Positions 1 through 13,451 of a stretch of 64,000 bases of DNA are shown here, piece after piece. Below the pieces are notes generated by a model. The model was not told where the DNA came from. It saw nothing but the letters and a program-made list of their open reading frames with translations, and made no database searches. This DNA comes from Ophelia neglecta (Eukaryota), in the NCBI GenBank assembly GCA_965285935.1, contig OZ260667.1, positions 15,810,001-15,874,000 of the forward strand. The letters are read 5' to 3'. The position numbers were made by a program, and so were the translations under genes. The first letter of the stretch is position 1. Each line of letters opens with the position of its first letter.

Positions 1-290
1 TTACGTCTTTCTCTGTGGTATTTCCTTTCTACCATTTGCATTAAACGATTAAAAATAACAATTTACGATTTCCTGGAAGCGCCATAATCTCAAAATGATC
101 AATCATGGACCTTAAATGACAGTAGATGACACGTTTCAGCCGGTAATGTTACAGGCTATTTGATTGGCTTAGCGATGATATTACATTTTTGTCGCTTGCT
201 CGCTAGTCGATATTTCGTCGACACTAGTTTCCGGAAAGTATATAGCAGCTGACAGTAGACTTGTTATCATGCAATCTGATAATCAAGTAT
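1..290. promoter_or_regulatory. CpG-retaining putative promoter upstream of SLC12A8, possibly bidirectional
   Basis: Locally high CpG, reverse CCAAT box (GATTGG near 162), ETS-like TTCCGGAA near 229-236, GCGCCAT near 79-85, and a minus-strand GTAA donor-like site at 1-4. Confidence 0.4.
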
Positions 291-882
291 TCTATCATCA
301 CCATTTTACTGATGTGCACAGTATCTAATAACAGAATTAAAGGCAAGTTTAATTCAGATATTATTTGTTTTATCTGTAGACAGTTGTAATGAGTCCGATT
401 TCACTCGGAAATGTTTGTTTTGGAGTATTCCATTGGCACTAGAGACCCTTGTGACCTGGTGGCCAGTAGGCCAGTGCATAGGGACTGTAAGCTGATAAGC
501 TGCTTTCTATGTACTGGCTTGTACCAGTGTACATATACTGCATATCTATATCTATGTACCTGTGGCCAAGGAGGGGGGGGGGAGTACGGGGGATGTGGGA
601 AGGGAGTGGGAGACTCCACATTTATGGGTTATTCTCATGCCCACATTACCACATGTTACATAGGTAGTCAGTCATTTTTCCAATCTTCTAACGACCCACC
701 TTTTCAGAATGAGTATTTTAAAAGCTATGTGTGTTGTCGTCTGGTGTAACTAAAATGCACAAATGTCCCAAACCCACTGGATAATTACCCAAACCAAGCA
801 GAAATAGTTGTCTTTGAATAACTTGCTGAGCGCTGGGTGTAACAATTAGTACCAAAAAATGAACTAACTTGTTCGCCCATTC

Positions 883-909
883 TCAATCAATCAATCAATC
901 AATCAATCA
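883..909. repeat. (TCAA)n microsatellite
   Basis: About 7 tandem TCAA units. Confidence 0.85.
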
Positions 910-1132
910 AATAATCTTTATTGTCATCTGACATGAAGTACAATTAAACATAACGTGGTAACAGTCAGGGTAACAACCTGGTAGCCGTAAGTGCTCAGCA
1001 ATACTTTTGATTAATATTTCTGTGCAACAACCTTCACTCAGATGTGAGACACTACATACCATAATACTGTTAGTATAATACTGTTAGTATTGGCTATATT
1101 ATATATGTTGCCTGCAATACGTTTGATTTGCA

Positions 1133-1255
1133 GTGTTTACGTTTGATCGCAGCCGTGACACCTGCACATCACTCGCCCTCTAGTGGCGATTGCCCCGGAC
1201 ACCACCAGAGGGCGTGTGATGTGCAGGTGTCATGGCCGCGATCAAACGTAAACAC
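1133..1255. repeat. Inverted repeat with 54-bp arms and a 15-nt loop, containing two divergent CTCF-like motifs
   Basis: Arms 1133-1186 and 1202-1255 are reverse complements at 50 of 54 positions. CCACTAGAGGGCG on - (1174-1186) and CCACCAGAGGGCG on + (1202-1214). Confidence 0.85.
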
Positions 1256-1940
1256 CGGAGATCAGGTAAGATTCATTTTTTTGCTACTTAATGGTCCGAT
1301 TGCTCAGCAAGTTATTCCAAAACAACTGTAACACCAATCCTGATGCATTTCGCCCCAAAACCTTGCTATTTCAGCTCGGTTTAGGTAATTATCCAGTGGG
1401 TTTGAGACAGTTGCGCATTTTAGATACACCCTGTTGTCATCAGTATCGACCTCTGTTCTAATAATGTCCTTACCATAATAAACTTTCGAAGTCAAATATA
1501 TTTAATATCCAGAATTTCAAAAATATTATTATTAAACAGATTAAATTTTACACAAGTTTTTACTATCCTATGTTTTATTGTATTTATGTATAAATTGTTT
1601 TACATTCTGTAAAGAAAAAATATATTTTGTGTCCAAGTAAACATATAGCTTATGATAGTATTTGGGCCCCTAAATATGGCTGTTAGTTTTAATATCTCTG
1701 CACAGTCCATTTAAGATGATTCTGTGACTGTTAAAATGCAGAGCAATAAAATCTCATTCACTTCCTAGATATATCAATTTGATCCCATTCGGTCATACAA
1801 GTCAAAGGCCAGGCTCTGAGTTTGACTCAATGATTGTTTTATCAATTGTAGTATATACATGTAATTAACCCATCTTATGCCTGTAAAAATGTAATGTCAT
1901 GCATATATCTGTGTAGCTGATGCAGATATGTATGCTGTAT

Positions 1941-3041
1941 TAGGGACCAGTCAGATAGAATCGTAGGATAGGGGGGGGGGGGGAGGAGGGGGGCAGTATG
2001 GAGGGGGGTAGATTGGGCTGATAAAACAAGGTGTTGGGCTCGGAGAGGGGCCTTTAAACTTAACTATGGGCTATGGGTAAGAGGGGGAGGGAGCTGCTTC
2101 CCACCACCTATTCCAGCAGTTGCATCCACTTCAACATCAGTTACAATCTCCAACAAATACTTCCTCCAGCATTTGCATTTTCCGGAAGGAATTACTTTGT
2201 AGACCCAGCATTGGGGTCTTCTAGGATATTGCTTCCTTCAGGCACTGCATCCTTCTGGGCTCTTAAGAATCATTTTCTTTAGGAGTCATTTTCTCCAGGA
2301 ATCATTTTCCTTCAGGGATCAGTTACTTCTAGGATCACTTTCTCAAGGAATCACTTCCTCATATACTTCCATTTTCAAGAAGTGAGTCCTCCAGAAAGTG
2401 TAGTCTCTGGTTATCGGTTTGAAAGAAGGTGCCATTTTGTTGGTTTATTAAAGATACCTTCAATTGTTAAGAAGGAAAAGGTTAGGGGGGAGGGCAATGA
2501 TATATGACTTAATAGAATTTCACCATGCATTCTCTGATGGGGAGTCATCTTTTGAAATATAAAAATATGAGAAACACTGAATTTTATTTTCATGACCTAT
2601 ATGAGGTGTTTTCAAATACTGTAGATTATAAAGCTTAAACATTCACCTCAATTTGAGTAAGGATTTTTTCATTATTAATCACCTGGAAATATGGGTGGAG
2701 GGTTAGGATGGGAGTTCATAGAACTTCAAAACTTCAAAAATATCCCTCACAATTATATCAATGTTCTCAATGTAAAAATGTATACAGCATCAAAGGAACC
2801 ATGCTTAAATGTGTAACTTTAGCAAATTTTTCATAATAAACTTTCAAATATCCATGGCTCCCTGCCCATAGCTATGAAAACAAAGTTCTTTCTTGGCTAG
2901 AATGGTAAAAGTTTTTTTTTGTACATAAAGAGGTGATGCTTTGGATTTACAGTGGGGTAGAGCTTTTCTTTAGCTCTTAAATTAAAAAATTAATCAGACC
3001 AAGTTGCTCCTCCCCCAAGCAGTTAATTCTGAACAGTCCTT
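1941..3041. mobile_element. Possible decayed MITE with G-rich and C-rich ends (PIF/Harbinger-like)
   Basis: Left end TAGGGACCAGTCAGA followed by G-tracts; right end C-tract followed by AATTCTGAACAGTCCTTT. The ends are only loosely complementary and no clean TSD is visible. Confidence 0.3.
2260..2362. repeat. Degenerate tandem repeat, about 17-18 bp unit (AGGAATCATTTTCYYY)
   Basis: About six diverged copies of a GGAATCAYTTTC core. Confidence 0.6.
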
Positions 3042-4870
3042 TGTCAACATTTTTCCACAGTGTAATACATGTATATCTGGTGCACCTGCTGCTTCAGATT
3101 TTATTGCGGTAATCTTGGTGAATGTATTGAATATTTTTCCCTAGCAGTACATTATATAGCAGGTGTTGAGTCTCATTCATAATGGCGTTTGCCTCTTGAC
3201 TTGAACTGTTGAATATTCTGATTTGAATCCAGTATCAGGGAGTTAGTATCATGGCTAGCTGCTTTATCTCGGCCAACCTATGACCAACATCTTTCAGATG
3301 GTGAACTATTTATTTTTTTCTATACCAAATATTAGTGTGGACAGGGAAATGATGTATGCAGTTTCCAAATCTAAGTTTTATCATTTAGTATAAATAGTTG
3401 AGTAGTGTGTTTGGGCTATAAGGGTGTTTTGTGATGCATTTTATAGGCAATTTAGTAGTAAAAGTTATACTTGAACCATAAGGGAACACTGAATTTAGGT
3501 AGAATGCTGACTCTATTCAGGAGTTCTGCATTGGCAAATATGCTAGCTTCAGTTGGCTTTAAGCATCACCAAGTGGAAAGTAGACTGTCGGTCATAATTC
3601 TTCGCTATCTCATGCCCTCCATCTTGACAAGTCATGTGTACTTGTAGCGAACAAAACTGTTCGTGTACATTCATAGTAAGTCACTAGTATTTTAGCAACT
3701 GATAAGGAGTGGATATAGATGAATTGGAAGAAACATTAAATTGTATAAAGACTCTGCTTTGCCTGATTTGATAATAATATATATACAATAGGTTTTGTCC
3801 CCCACAAAATTAGATGCTGCAGAGCAGGTTTCAATATTTTTGCATCTAGTTTCATTGTCTTTATTATTGTTATAGATGTTGAATGTGTTTTTTTTTTGGA
3901 TAAAATTTCAATGGTATATTTGCATTTGAAATAATTGATAATGCCAGTAAACAATATGTTTTAAGACAAGACAGCCTGAACTCATTAATTACTTCATCGT
4001 TTATAAATATTAATGCTTTGTACTAGGAAAATAGCATACAGCATAATTGAGAAAATGGAAACTTCATAAATTTTTGATAAGGTTTTTCAATGCATGTATT
4101 AAATGAACTTGCAGATGCACCTTTAATAAATAATTGTAACCAGACTACCACAGTCTTGTGGAATGGGACTGTGGAAATTAGTTGTAGAATATGTATAATC
4201 TATAAGGCATCCCACCTTGCCACAGCTTTACTGCTGCATGGCATTTTAAAAAATTAAGTGACCATCATAACATGTGAACCACTGAAGTCAATGTTATAAA
4301 TGTGAATCCATCAGAACTGACCACTCAGTTAAATCAGGTTAGATGCAGACTGTTAGGTTTGCTATCAGTGTAATGTTTAAGCAGCCTGCCTGTGGACTGT
4401 TCACAAACTTTATTGATCCCTAATCAATCTCAAGCCACATTTCTATTTATGTACAGGTAATGCTTACCGCCATTGCAGAAAACCACACAGGCTGTTTTCA
4501 ATGCTATTAAGGCTCATTCTGTCATTTTCAGGTGCTGTCAGCATGAGACTAGCTACATGGTAATGAAGTGTTGCCAAGCAACATAAACTGGTGACCAATA
4601 GGCACATTCCTGTAGCTGAACTACAGCTTACAATAGAGCATTAGATTTCCTGGAAAAAATTATCATATTTGGTAGGCTGTGTGGGAGTGTGGTGTCTTGT
4701 GTGCTGTGTCCAGGGGTGGCTCTCTAGCTTTGTGTGCTGGCCCTGAATATCTATCATCACAATGGACTTGTTAATATTAAAATGAAGGCCAGAGGATATG
4801 AAGAGTGATAGAGAGGCTTTTAGCCAATCACAGTGGCTCATTGCAAAAACATAACATTAGCTGGAAGTCT

Positions 4871-7800
4871 ATGGCAGAACAGCAGGAAAGCAGTGGAGAA
4901 GGGGTGTCTCTGATGTCTAGCGAGATGAAGAAGGGTGAGGGGCAGAAGCCCGATTGGGGCAGATTTGGACTGAGTTCTGAACAGCGGCAAGAAGAGGAGC
5001 AAAAATATCAACAGCAACATGCCGATGAGGTTGGAGAAGATTATGAGCACCATGGAAGTGGTGAAAAAAATGAATTATTTACTGAAGACCAGGTGAGTGC
5101 CTGAACATGGCCAGTTTGTAGCCATGTACAATGTACATATAGGACCCTCCTACCATATTGTTCTCGTCTATCAAGGTTTCAACCTTATATCAGAAAGCTG
5201 CAAATCAATATCGTCTTGTGTAATAGGTGTATAGGGTACTGTCCTGCCTTTAGGCTCCATAGTTAGAGGATAATGACATCAGAAGACTAAAGTTTTCCTT
5301 GCCATATGTTCAAGTCTAGTTGCCGGTTGTATGTATATATGTTGAACTTTTCACGAGAAGCATCAGTTATTAAAGCTCTGTCCAGATGTCTGATATTGAT
5401 GAATACTGTTATATCTGGACACTTTGAACAGCTTTATATTGTAGAGATGATGTATTTAAGTTACCATTATTATTATTATGACAGAAGTCACTTGAAATTA
5501 TTTTAAGCTTAGTAAGATGTAATTTGCTTACTATATCAAGCCTGTAAATTGCACATGTGTTTATTCCGAGAAAACTGTGTTGATACTTTTAACAATGCTT
5601 CAGCATAGTACACAAGGTCAGAATCCAAATAGTAATATTGTATTTCTGTCTGTAGACATTCAACTCATTGAATATTGTCACAAAATTTATCAGCCTGTCT
5701 ATATAAGCCTATGAGACTAATCAGCGGACATTGTGCTTGGCATGACATCCCATGTAGAATCTTGATAAATAATTAATATGTGGTAGACGGGTGTACACAA
5801 TTTAGCATTCAAATTTGTAGGAATACTTCAATAATCGGCACTCTGACTAACTCTAATATTATAGGCAAAGTATCATTGACATATAAGTCCTAATAGATAT
5901 GTGATTTTATGTTTGTTGCAGTCATCTAGAAGTAAGCCATGGTACAAGGCTAATTTCTTTATATCCGAGCCAGTGCTGTTTGGGACGTGGGACGGGGTGT
6001 TTACATCTTGTATGATCAACATATTTGGTGTTGTCATTTTCCTCAGGACTGGATGGATGGTGGTGAGCCATTATTAAAACTATATTACCTAATTAGGAGA
6101 GAAAAAATGCATATTTATCCTTTTTCACATTATGGCCTATTATTACTGTGTCAGTTAATAAACATGTACTGTAAACAATTATGAGTGTATTATACCTTTA
6201 TGCACAATATTTATGTTGCATACGGTTGTTGACAATTTTTAATTTTGGTATTGTCTATCCCTGTTGTCAGTTGTTTCAGATTTGAGATGTTATTTATCTT
6301 TTTACAATGCATAATTAACTTCTATATTTTCTCTTTGTCTACTAGGGAAATGCTGGCATTGGCCTCTCAGTCCTCATTATATTTCTAACATTATGTGTGG
6401 CACTGGTCGCAGCTTTGAGTGCCATTGGGGCGGTGGAAAGATGCCGCATGCAGAGTGGTGGCACTTACTTTTTACTATCACATATACTTGGCTCTAGGAT
6501 TGGTGCCTGCATCGGAATCCTCTACTGCTTTGGTCAAGTAAGATTAATATAGATAACTTTATTATAGTTCAAATCCACAGCCTTCTTTCTCGTTCATATA
6601 TATATCTTCTTTTACAAGCTTGAACTTAAAGTTTATTCCATGATACACAACTATTTCCAGGGTGTTGCTTGTTCTCTGTACTCAGTGGGGTTTGGGGAGT
6701 CAATTTCTGGCTTGTTTAATTCAGACAACATATGGATCTCCAAAGGCATAGCCATCGGCGTTTTGCTTCTCATTCTGAGTAAGTTCTTTGAATTTACTGT
6801 GTGTTATAAAAGACTGTAAACAATTATGTGAACTGCCATTTCACTCAATGCAAATATTACGGAGCCTGCCCAAGGCATGCTGGTGTAGTGACTAGGTAGC
6901 TCTGAGATGTAGAAAACGTGAGGCTGTGATAAAAAGTTCTGTTTGTTTTGATTTTAGAAGCAATAAACTGATACTTATGTAAACAATGATGAAGCAGATT
7001 TCTTGTCACAGTTTTCCTCAGTCACAATACACATATCACATTGTTTTTAAGACTGTCTTCAAATATATTATGCTGCTTGTTTGCTATGATATTCTTTATT
7101 CTCACATTATGGCAACATCAACTTGAATTAGCTGGGAGACAGCCATATTATAAACTTATAACAATGTGTTATTACCTGTATTTACCTGTGTCTGTGATGT
7201 CATACCTGCTTATTGATTTAATGTATAACAACAATCTCATCGAATGAGAACCCAATGAAAACAACCAAGGATTTATAGGATGTGTTAATTATATTGTTAC
7301 TCATGGTGCTTATTCATGTCTATTTACAGTTATCAATGTAGCTGGTGTGAAATGGGTGATCCGTTTACAGCTCGTACTTCTTATGGTTCTTTTTGTGGCC
7401 GTATTAGATTTTATGGTGGGATCATTCATTCATACGGAACCAGGTAAAAAAATTCTTTTTTACCTAATTGTGCCACTTTTCCTCAACTTTTCTAAAAAAA
7501 ATTTGTGACAACATGATTATATATTTGACAGAACATTATTCTATACCAATGACACATATCAGTTTATAATTACAGACTTTTTGTGAGAAAATGATTTTGA
7601 AGTGAAGAAAGAAGTTATGATGTATATGTGTAGATTACAGTATTTGAGGGTAGCAATTAGAAATGTTTTATTGAATTTTAGATTATGGGTTCTATGGATA
7701 CAGTAAGGTAATACTTCAGAACAACACTGGCCCCTACTACCTTCCTGGGGAGTCATTTTTCACTGTATTCGGTGTGTTCTTTCCCACCGCCACTGGAGTG

Positions 7801-10800
7801 TTTGCTGGTATCAACATGAGTGGTGATCTAAGAAATCCTGCAAGAAATATCCCAGTGGGAACACTGTCAGCTGTGGGTGTCAGGTAAGAGCACATAATCT
7901 AACAAACTATATAAAATAGGTTACTTTTGTTTTGTAAATACAGTCTATAAAATAAGTCTTTTTTTCTGATGGCTGTCTGAAATTTATCTCTGTGGCACTA
8001 TGCACGTGCCTGGCAAGTCAAGCCTTTGCTTTGGCGGCAATGCCTTGTTCCCTGTACAGTTCTGCATTTATCCCACATGCTTAAGCAACCCCCCCCCCCC
8101 TTCCCCTCTCCAATAAGCAAGGTTTTGATTTTCACATGTTTAGTATTGTTTTCAGTGCTACCTTATACCTGATCTTTGCTCTGATCTTGGGCTCTACGTG
8201 TGCCAGGAATGACCTTCAAACAAACTATTTAATGGCTGAAAAGGTACACATCTTTGTAATTAAATACCAATTAATTAATCTAAAACCATAACAATCAAAT
8301 GAATTTAAATGCTGCCTACTTAAAAGATACACAATAAAGTCATGATCTTTATCAAGTATTTTGTACTGCTGTTTGACACTACATATGAAACAGATGTTTG
8401 TAGATCCTGGTATGTTTTTACATTGATTGAGGCATGTACAAATGCATTTAGTATTCCTATCGCTTCTCATGTTAAATGTGTACAATGTGTATTTACATTG
8501 TTTGTGGACTGTACACTCTCCTATATTTCTGTAGTATCTCTGTCTTGATTCTGACATGTATACTGTATTGTCCCCTGACAGGTGTCCTATGTGGGAGGCT
8601 TATTTCTGGCTGGACTGTATATTTCCTCAGTATCCAGTTGTATGGGTGGTCTCTATGGATCTCCTAGAATATTACAGTCAATTGCCAATGAAAACGTCAT
8701 TCCTGTGATCAAAGTCTTGGGACAAGGGGTGGGTACACTCATTACCCTAACTGAGGCTGCTACTAATAGCCAGAATATAGTTGTACATGTAGTGAATTAT
8801 GTTAGTTTTTCCAATGTATGTTAATTAATGTAGTTGTGGACTCTAATACATGTAATTAGAATGTAAGGAGATAATGATTAAATAAATAATTAAATAGATA
8901 GTTTTTAAATGATGAAGGCCTCATTGTGTATGTTCATATTTTCATTTCAGCGAGGTCCAAACAAGGTTCCAGTTTTGGCTCTGGTAGTGGTCACTCTGAT
9001 CTCTCTCATTTTCATCTTTATTGGTCAAGTGAATACCCTGGGCCCCATAGTCACCATGCCTTTCATGTTGACTTATGCTGCTGTAGATTATGCCTACTTT
9101 GCTCTGGCAATGAGTTACGATGTTAAATCCAAAAGGGAGGAGAGATATCAGGTACTGTCAGGACATTGGAAATGGAACTATACCATTAAAAGATATATGT
9201 ACTTAACCAGAGTATTATTACTTTTTTATGCGTATATAAAGCAACTGTATCCATATGATTAATTATGCAAGATACTCGTAAGCAAACTGTATATCAATAT
9301 AATTAAATATACAAGGTACATATAGACATCAAAGATATATTTGTGTACTTTAAATAAGCATGTACTTTCATCTGTTTTACAGTCATCACCTGAGATTGAC
9401 CAAAAGACTAGCACCAATGGCTCTGTGGTACAAAGAGGGGGCGAAGGGGCTGGCTATGGGGCCATAGGCAAAAAGAGCAATGATCTAGACAAGCTATTTC
9501 CAGAGAGAAACCAGCACCGTGAGCCAGCTGGTCATGGAGGAGGCCAGCTAGACAGCCCCACCTTCTATGCTGATGGGGTTAAAGACATGGCTTCAGAGAC
9601 CACCAGCATGGCCAGTGAGGTGGACGATACAGCTGGCCTCTTAAAAAAAAGTAAACACTTGTATTACCTTTTTTGATCCTAGTTCTGAAATCCTATTAAA
9701 TGTACAAGTAGGAATCTACATGCACAAACTCAATGGCACCAAATATTAATGGTTATGAGGCCAAATCACAAACCACCAAATACCATGGTATCAACAGTAC
9801 TCTGTGACATGCCTACTCCATACAAATTGTGAAGAATGTTGAGGTTACAAGCCAGTTGATGTATATTATTCCAGCTGAAGTGCCAAAGCCCAATTTAGCC
9901 AATGCAGAAATTCATAGACAACCTAGGTCCTTCTATTCCATATTCTGTAATAGGTGGTTATCTCTTTTTGGGGTGAGTGAAGAATATTATTTACTTTCAG
10001 TTACTTAAAGAATGCTGAGTTGCTCAAACTAAGTAATGACCCTTGTCATTTAAAAATTTTATGCATATTTATAAGACAAAATTATTACAAATCTAAAATT
10101 ATTCTGTTATTGCTTAGATTATGAGAAATCCAAAACTGTTTTTTCTCAAGAAGCTGAGAGGAAAACTGAAAGTAGAGCATGATCACTAGATGATTCATAT
10201 TTCTCTGATATTTACAAGCATGTATCATGTTTATCAGGTGCATGACATCCAAAATATAATATTTCTGTCAAGTTACATAATCTGTGTATTTAAAATGTGC
10301 TTTGTTCAAATTGTTTTCAGTCAGTGGCAAGTCTAGTCATAATGTTTGGTATACAGTGGGCGTATGCATTGGCAAACATCTCTGTGGCCATTGTGGTATA
10401 CATCTACATAGGTCAGGCCAACCCTGGAGTATTTCCAGGTAAACTTAGAAAGCATATTCTTTTGTATATTTTTCGACCGTACATATTATTGTGTGACTAT
10501 CACTATGTTCTAAATATATATCCATAAGAGTGATAAGGATGAGCTATTTTAATCCTGACATGAGTGTGTGTTTGTCTAGGTATTGCTGAATTCAGCCTGT
10601 GGACATGGATCAGAGATGGCTTTAGAAGTTGTTGTCGGTAAGTTTATTTAATACTTTTCTTGGTATATCAATTGTCTTGTTGTAGAGGTGTGCACTAATT
10701 GTGACAAATGATCAAAATCGAATGGCCTTTGACAATATTTTATTTCATGTTTTTTGTTTGTTTGATATTACAATTTGTTTTAACTTCCTTCCTAGCCGAG

Positions 10801-10964
10801 GCCCCCCTCCCTCGGAGCACATAGTTGTCACTCAGAACACTCCTGCCATGAACACAATGGCCTCCCAATTGACTGAGGACAATGAAGACTTTGCTGAGCG
10901 AGGTCGCTACCATCAGTCAGAAGTTGTGAAAGGGGACAACTTTGATGATTATGATAGCAGCTAA
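4871..10964 (+). CDS. SLC12A8: Solute carrier family 12 member 8 (cation-chloride cotransporter family), 14 coding exons, 711 aa
   Basis: Exons: 4871-5092, 5922-6062, 6346-6537, 6661-6778, 7330-7443, 7682-7883, 8156-8243, 8582-8728, 8951-9151, 9383-9650, 9875-9972, 10321-10438, 10580-10637, 10796-10964. All introns are GT-AG with matching phases; total 2136 nt with no internal stop. Diagnostic motifs: [105 protein letters not shown]. The short C-terminus fits SLC12A8 rather than NKCC/KCC. Confidence 0.95.
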
Positions 10965-11243
10965 ACAAGGTTGCCTAAGACATTTGTGATACCTGTCTAG
11001 TCATTTAAAAATAAATTGAAAGTAAAATTTATATGTATTGCCAAAAACTTCACTTTACTGACACTGCAGCATGAGTCTAGTTCATAAGCAGATAATCAGA
11101 TGTACCAAAGTAATATATAAACTGTATTCCTTTAAAAGAATTTAGTAAAACAGGAGAGATAAACACTGACATGTACTTAGTCAATGACAACCATTCAAAC
11201 TGCCCATAGACATGTGTTTAGTGGAGATTGGTGCCCAGCTGGT

Positions 11244-11542
11244 AGGGGGTGGGGATGGGGGGTACTTCTTATATACTGCCATACAGGTATGCTCATTTAC
11301 CCTGCTTTTTGACCCTGCTTTTTGAAGCTAGATCCTCAATTCTTAGGCCCTTGTTTTTGAGCAAACCTCTATTTTTGACCCTTTTTCACGAGACACCTCA
11401 TTTTTTCCAGTATTTTCTGCAAGATTTGGGTCAGATTTTTCTAAAGATTTCCCTCTTTTAGGGTGCCATATCTGGCCACCCTCCAATATCCAGGGGACAG
11501 GGGTAGTACCTCCCTCTATCCCCCCCCTTCCCTCCCCTGGGG
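11244..11542. mobile_element. Possible decayed MITE in the SLC12A8 3' UTR
   Basis: GGGGGGTACT near the left end, AGTACCTCCC and C-tracts at the right end, internal repeated TTTTTGACCC. Compositionally distinct from the AT-rich UTR. Confidence 0.4.
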
Positions 11543-13408
11543 CCTGGCTGGCATCATTCAGAGCCATATGTAGTTTGGACAGCTGTTTGGTTGATGTTTC
11601 AGGCCTCTGAGGTAGAATGGTCTTGATACATAAAAGCGTTTGTATTACTGTGAGACATTTCTCTTGTAATTTCTGGCTTCAGTGTTGGCTCACAGTAATC
11701 TAGGATGAAATTTAATTGAATAGTAAGGTATTTGGTGTATTATTATATTAGGTTTGAATGATATACACTGTTTATTTATACACATGAATATAAAAGTTTA
11801 GTGTTTAAGCTGGTCAGTAATTAATCCATGACATTTTCACAACACAATTGGGTGATTACTCTTTTCAAAGGATATGTATTCATTGTCTTGAAATATTGCA
11901 TGAAATTGATATTTTTATCAAATAGACATATTGGCAAGTATTTTACTAACTTGAACTTGTGTCACATTGCCATTTTCACTTAAAACTACCACATGGAACT
12001 GCAGTTTCTACTGAAAAAACTACAAAATTTAGTTGTCTTGGACTTAGTAAGTTTGTTCCTGGTAATGCAGTAGATCCTTATGTATTACTGTGTGCTATAG
12101 TTGGTATGTGTTTGGGAAGAATGTGATATGTTTCTCTTATTTATCTTTATTTGTTAAAAGTTTTATCAGGTCTGTGACTATATAAGGTTAATCTGTCTTT
12201 TTGGCAGAGTATTCAGTTAAATAGTCATGCTGGTATTCTGTTTGTTGTACAGCATCACTGTAAATATAATATGTACATGAGCATTGTATATAATTAATAT
12301 ATTTCTCTTATCCTGTCAAGTACTTGTCTTGACTGTACATATAATCCACACTGTTGTATCATAATCCAGTGTGCTGCCACATTCCTGGATTCAAACTGAT
12401 CTGTTTTATTGTACAAAGTGGCACATTCTCATGATTTTGTAACCCAGGTTACATAATCATGTCCATTGTCTAACTGGTGTTCAAGCTTTTACCATTGTTA
12501 AATATATTCCATTAATTTTAAACTTAAAGTCTACATATCACTTTCAAAGTTTATAGTTCAATCAACTGTAAACAACTTATTTTCACATCTTGGTTCAGAT
12601 TTGTATTTTTTTTTTTTAAACTATTGACTTATTTGCATTTACTATAGTTGATAAATCCCAGCAAGGAATAGTAGTTTATTTCTGTTTAAAATTTGATGAC
12701 ACATATAGTTAATTGTTGATGGAAAGGGACTGCTGATTTTAGAGAAATGAAATTAACTTCGACATCTATTTAAACAACCATATAATATAGTTATGTCTTG
12801 GTTATTTTTCAAAAGAAAAAATTCAAAATGTTCATGTTCATAATGATTCAAAGTTCTGGTTAAACTGCCAACGGTGTGACATTGTAGAGCAATGTTAAAG
12901 AAAGGGGTAAATTGTTGTGTGCTGCGATATGTGTTCAGTGTTCTGATGGCCAGTCCCTGAACCTTTGGCTCTCATAATGAATGTTTGTTGTGAAAAGTAG
13001 ACAGTACAGTGTAAGCTTTAGTTTTATCTTCAAACTAAATTTACTGTTCATTTTCGACTTTCTTACATTCAAATTTATCTTGATTCGGGAGTTCTCTGAT
13101 GAGAGCAGTTGTGCAAGTCGAGAAGCTGATTCAAAGGATAAAATAACTTTCTAAATTGAATGCATAATAAAACTCACAGATTTTGTGTTGTGATTCATGG
13201 TCAAATTTTGCATTCTTTCTTGGTGCCTGTGAGCATGGAAAATATACAATTTAAGTTTTAATGATAATATGAAGTATATTGAATAGAAGAAAATATTTCA
13301 ATTAATGATATTCTTTTTCCTTTAAAGTATTAATCGAGCCATGTGTATTTATATGTATGTATTTTTGGTTGGTTGAATATGTCATTGAGATGATGTTTAT
13401 CAAGATAA

Positions 13409-13414
13409 AATAAA
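13409..13414 (+). terminator. Candidate distal poly(A) signal of SLC12A8
   Basis: AATAAA followed by GT/T-rich sequence; a proximal AATAAA also occurs at 11010-11015. Confidence 0.45.
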
Positions 13415-13445
13415 CTATGTTGAATATTCAAGTTGTATGTTTCCT

Positions 13446-13451
13446 TTTATT
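13446..13451 (-). terminator. Candidate poly(A) signal of TLCD3
   Basis: AATAAA on the minus strand about 1.5 kb downstream of the stop codon. Confidence 0.4.

Noticed and set aside
401-749. Overlapping short ORFs near the window start
   Set aside because: They derive from low-complexity G-tract and TA-rich sequence, probably a repeat remnant, with no protein similarity.
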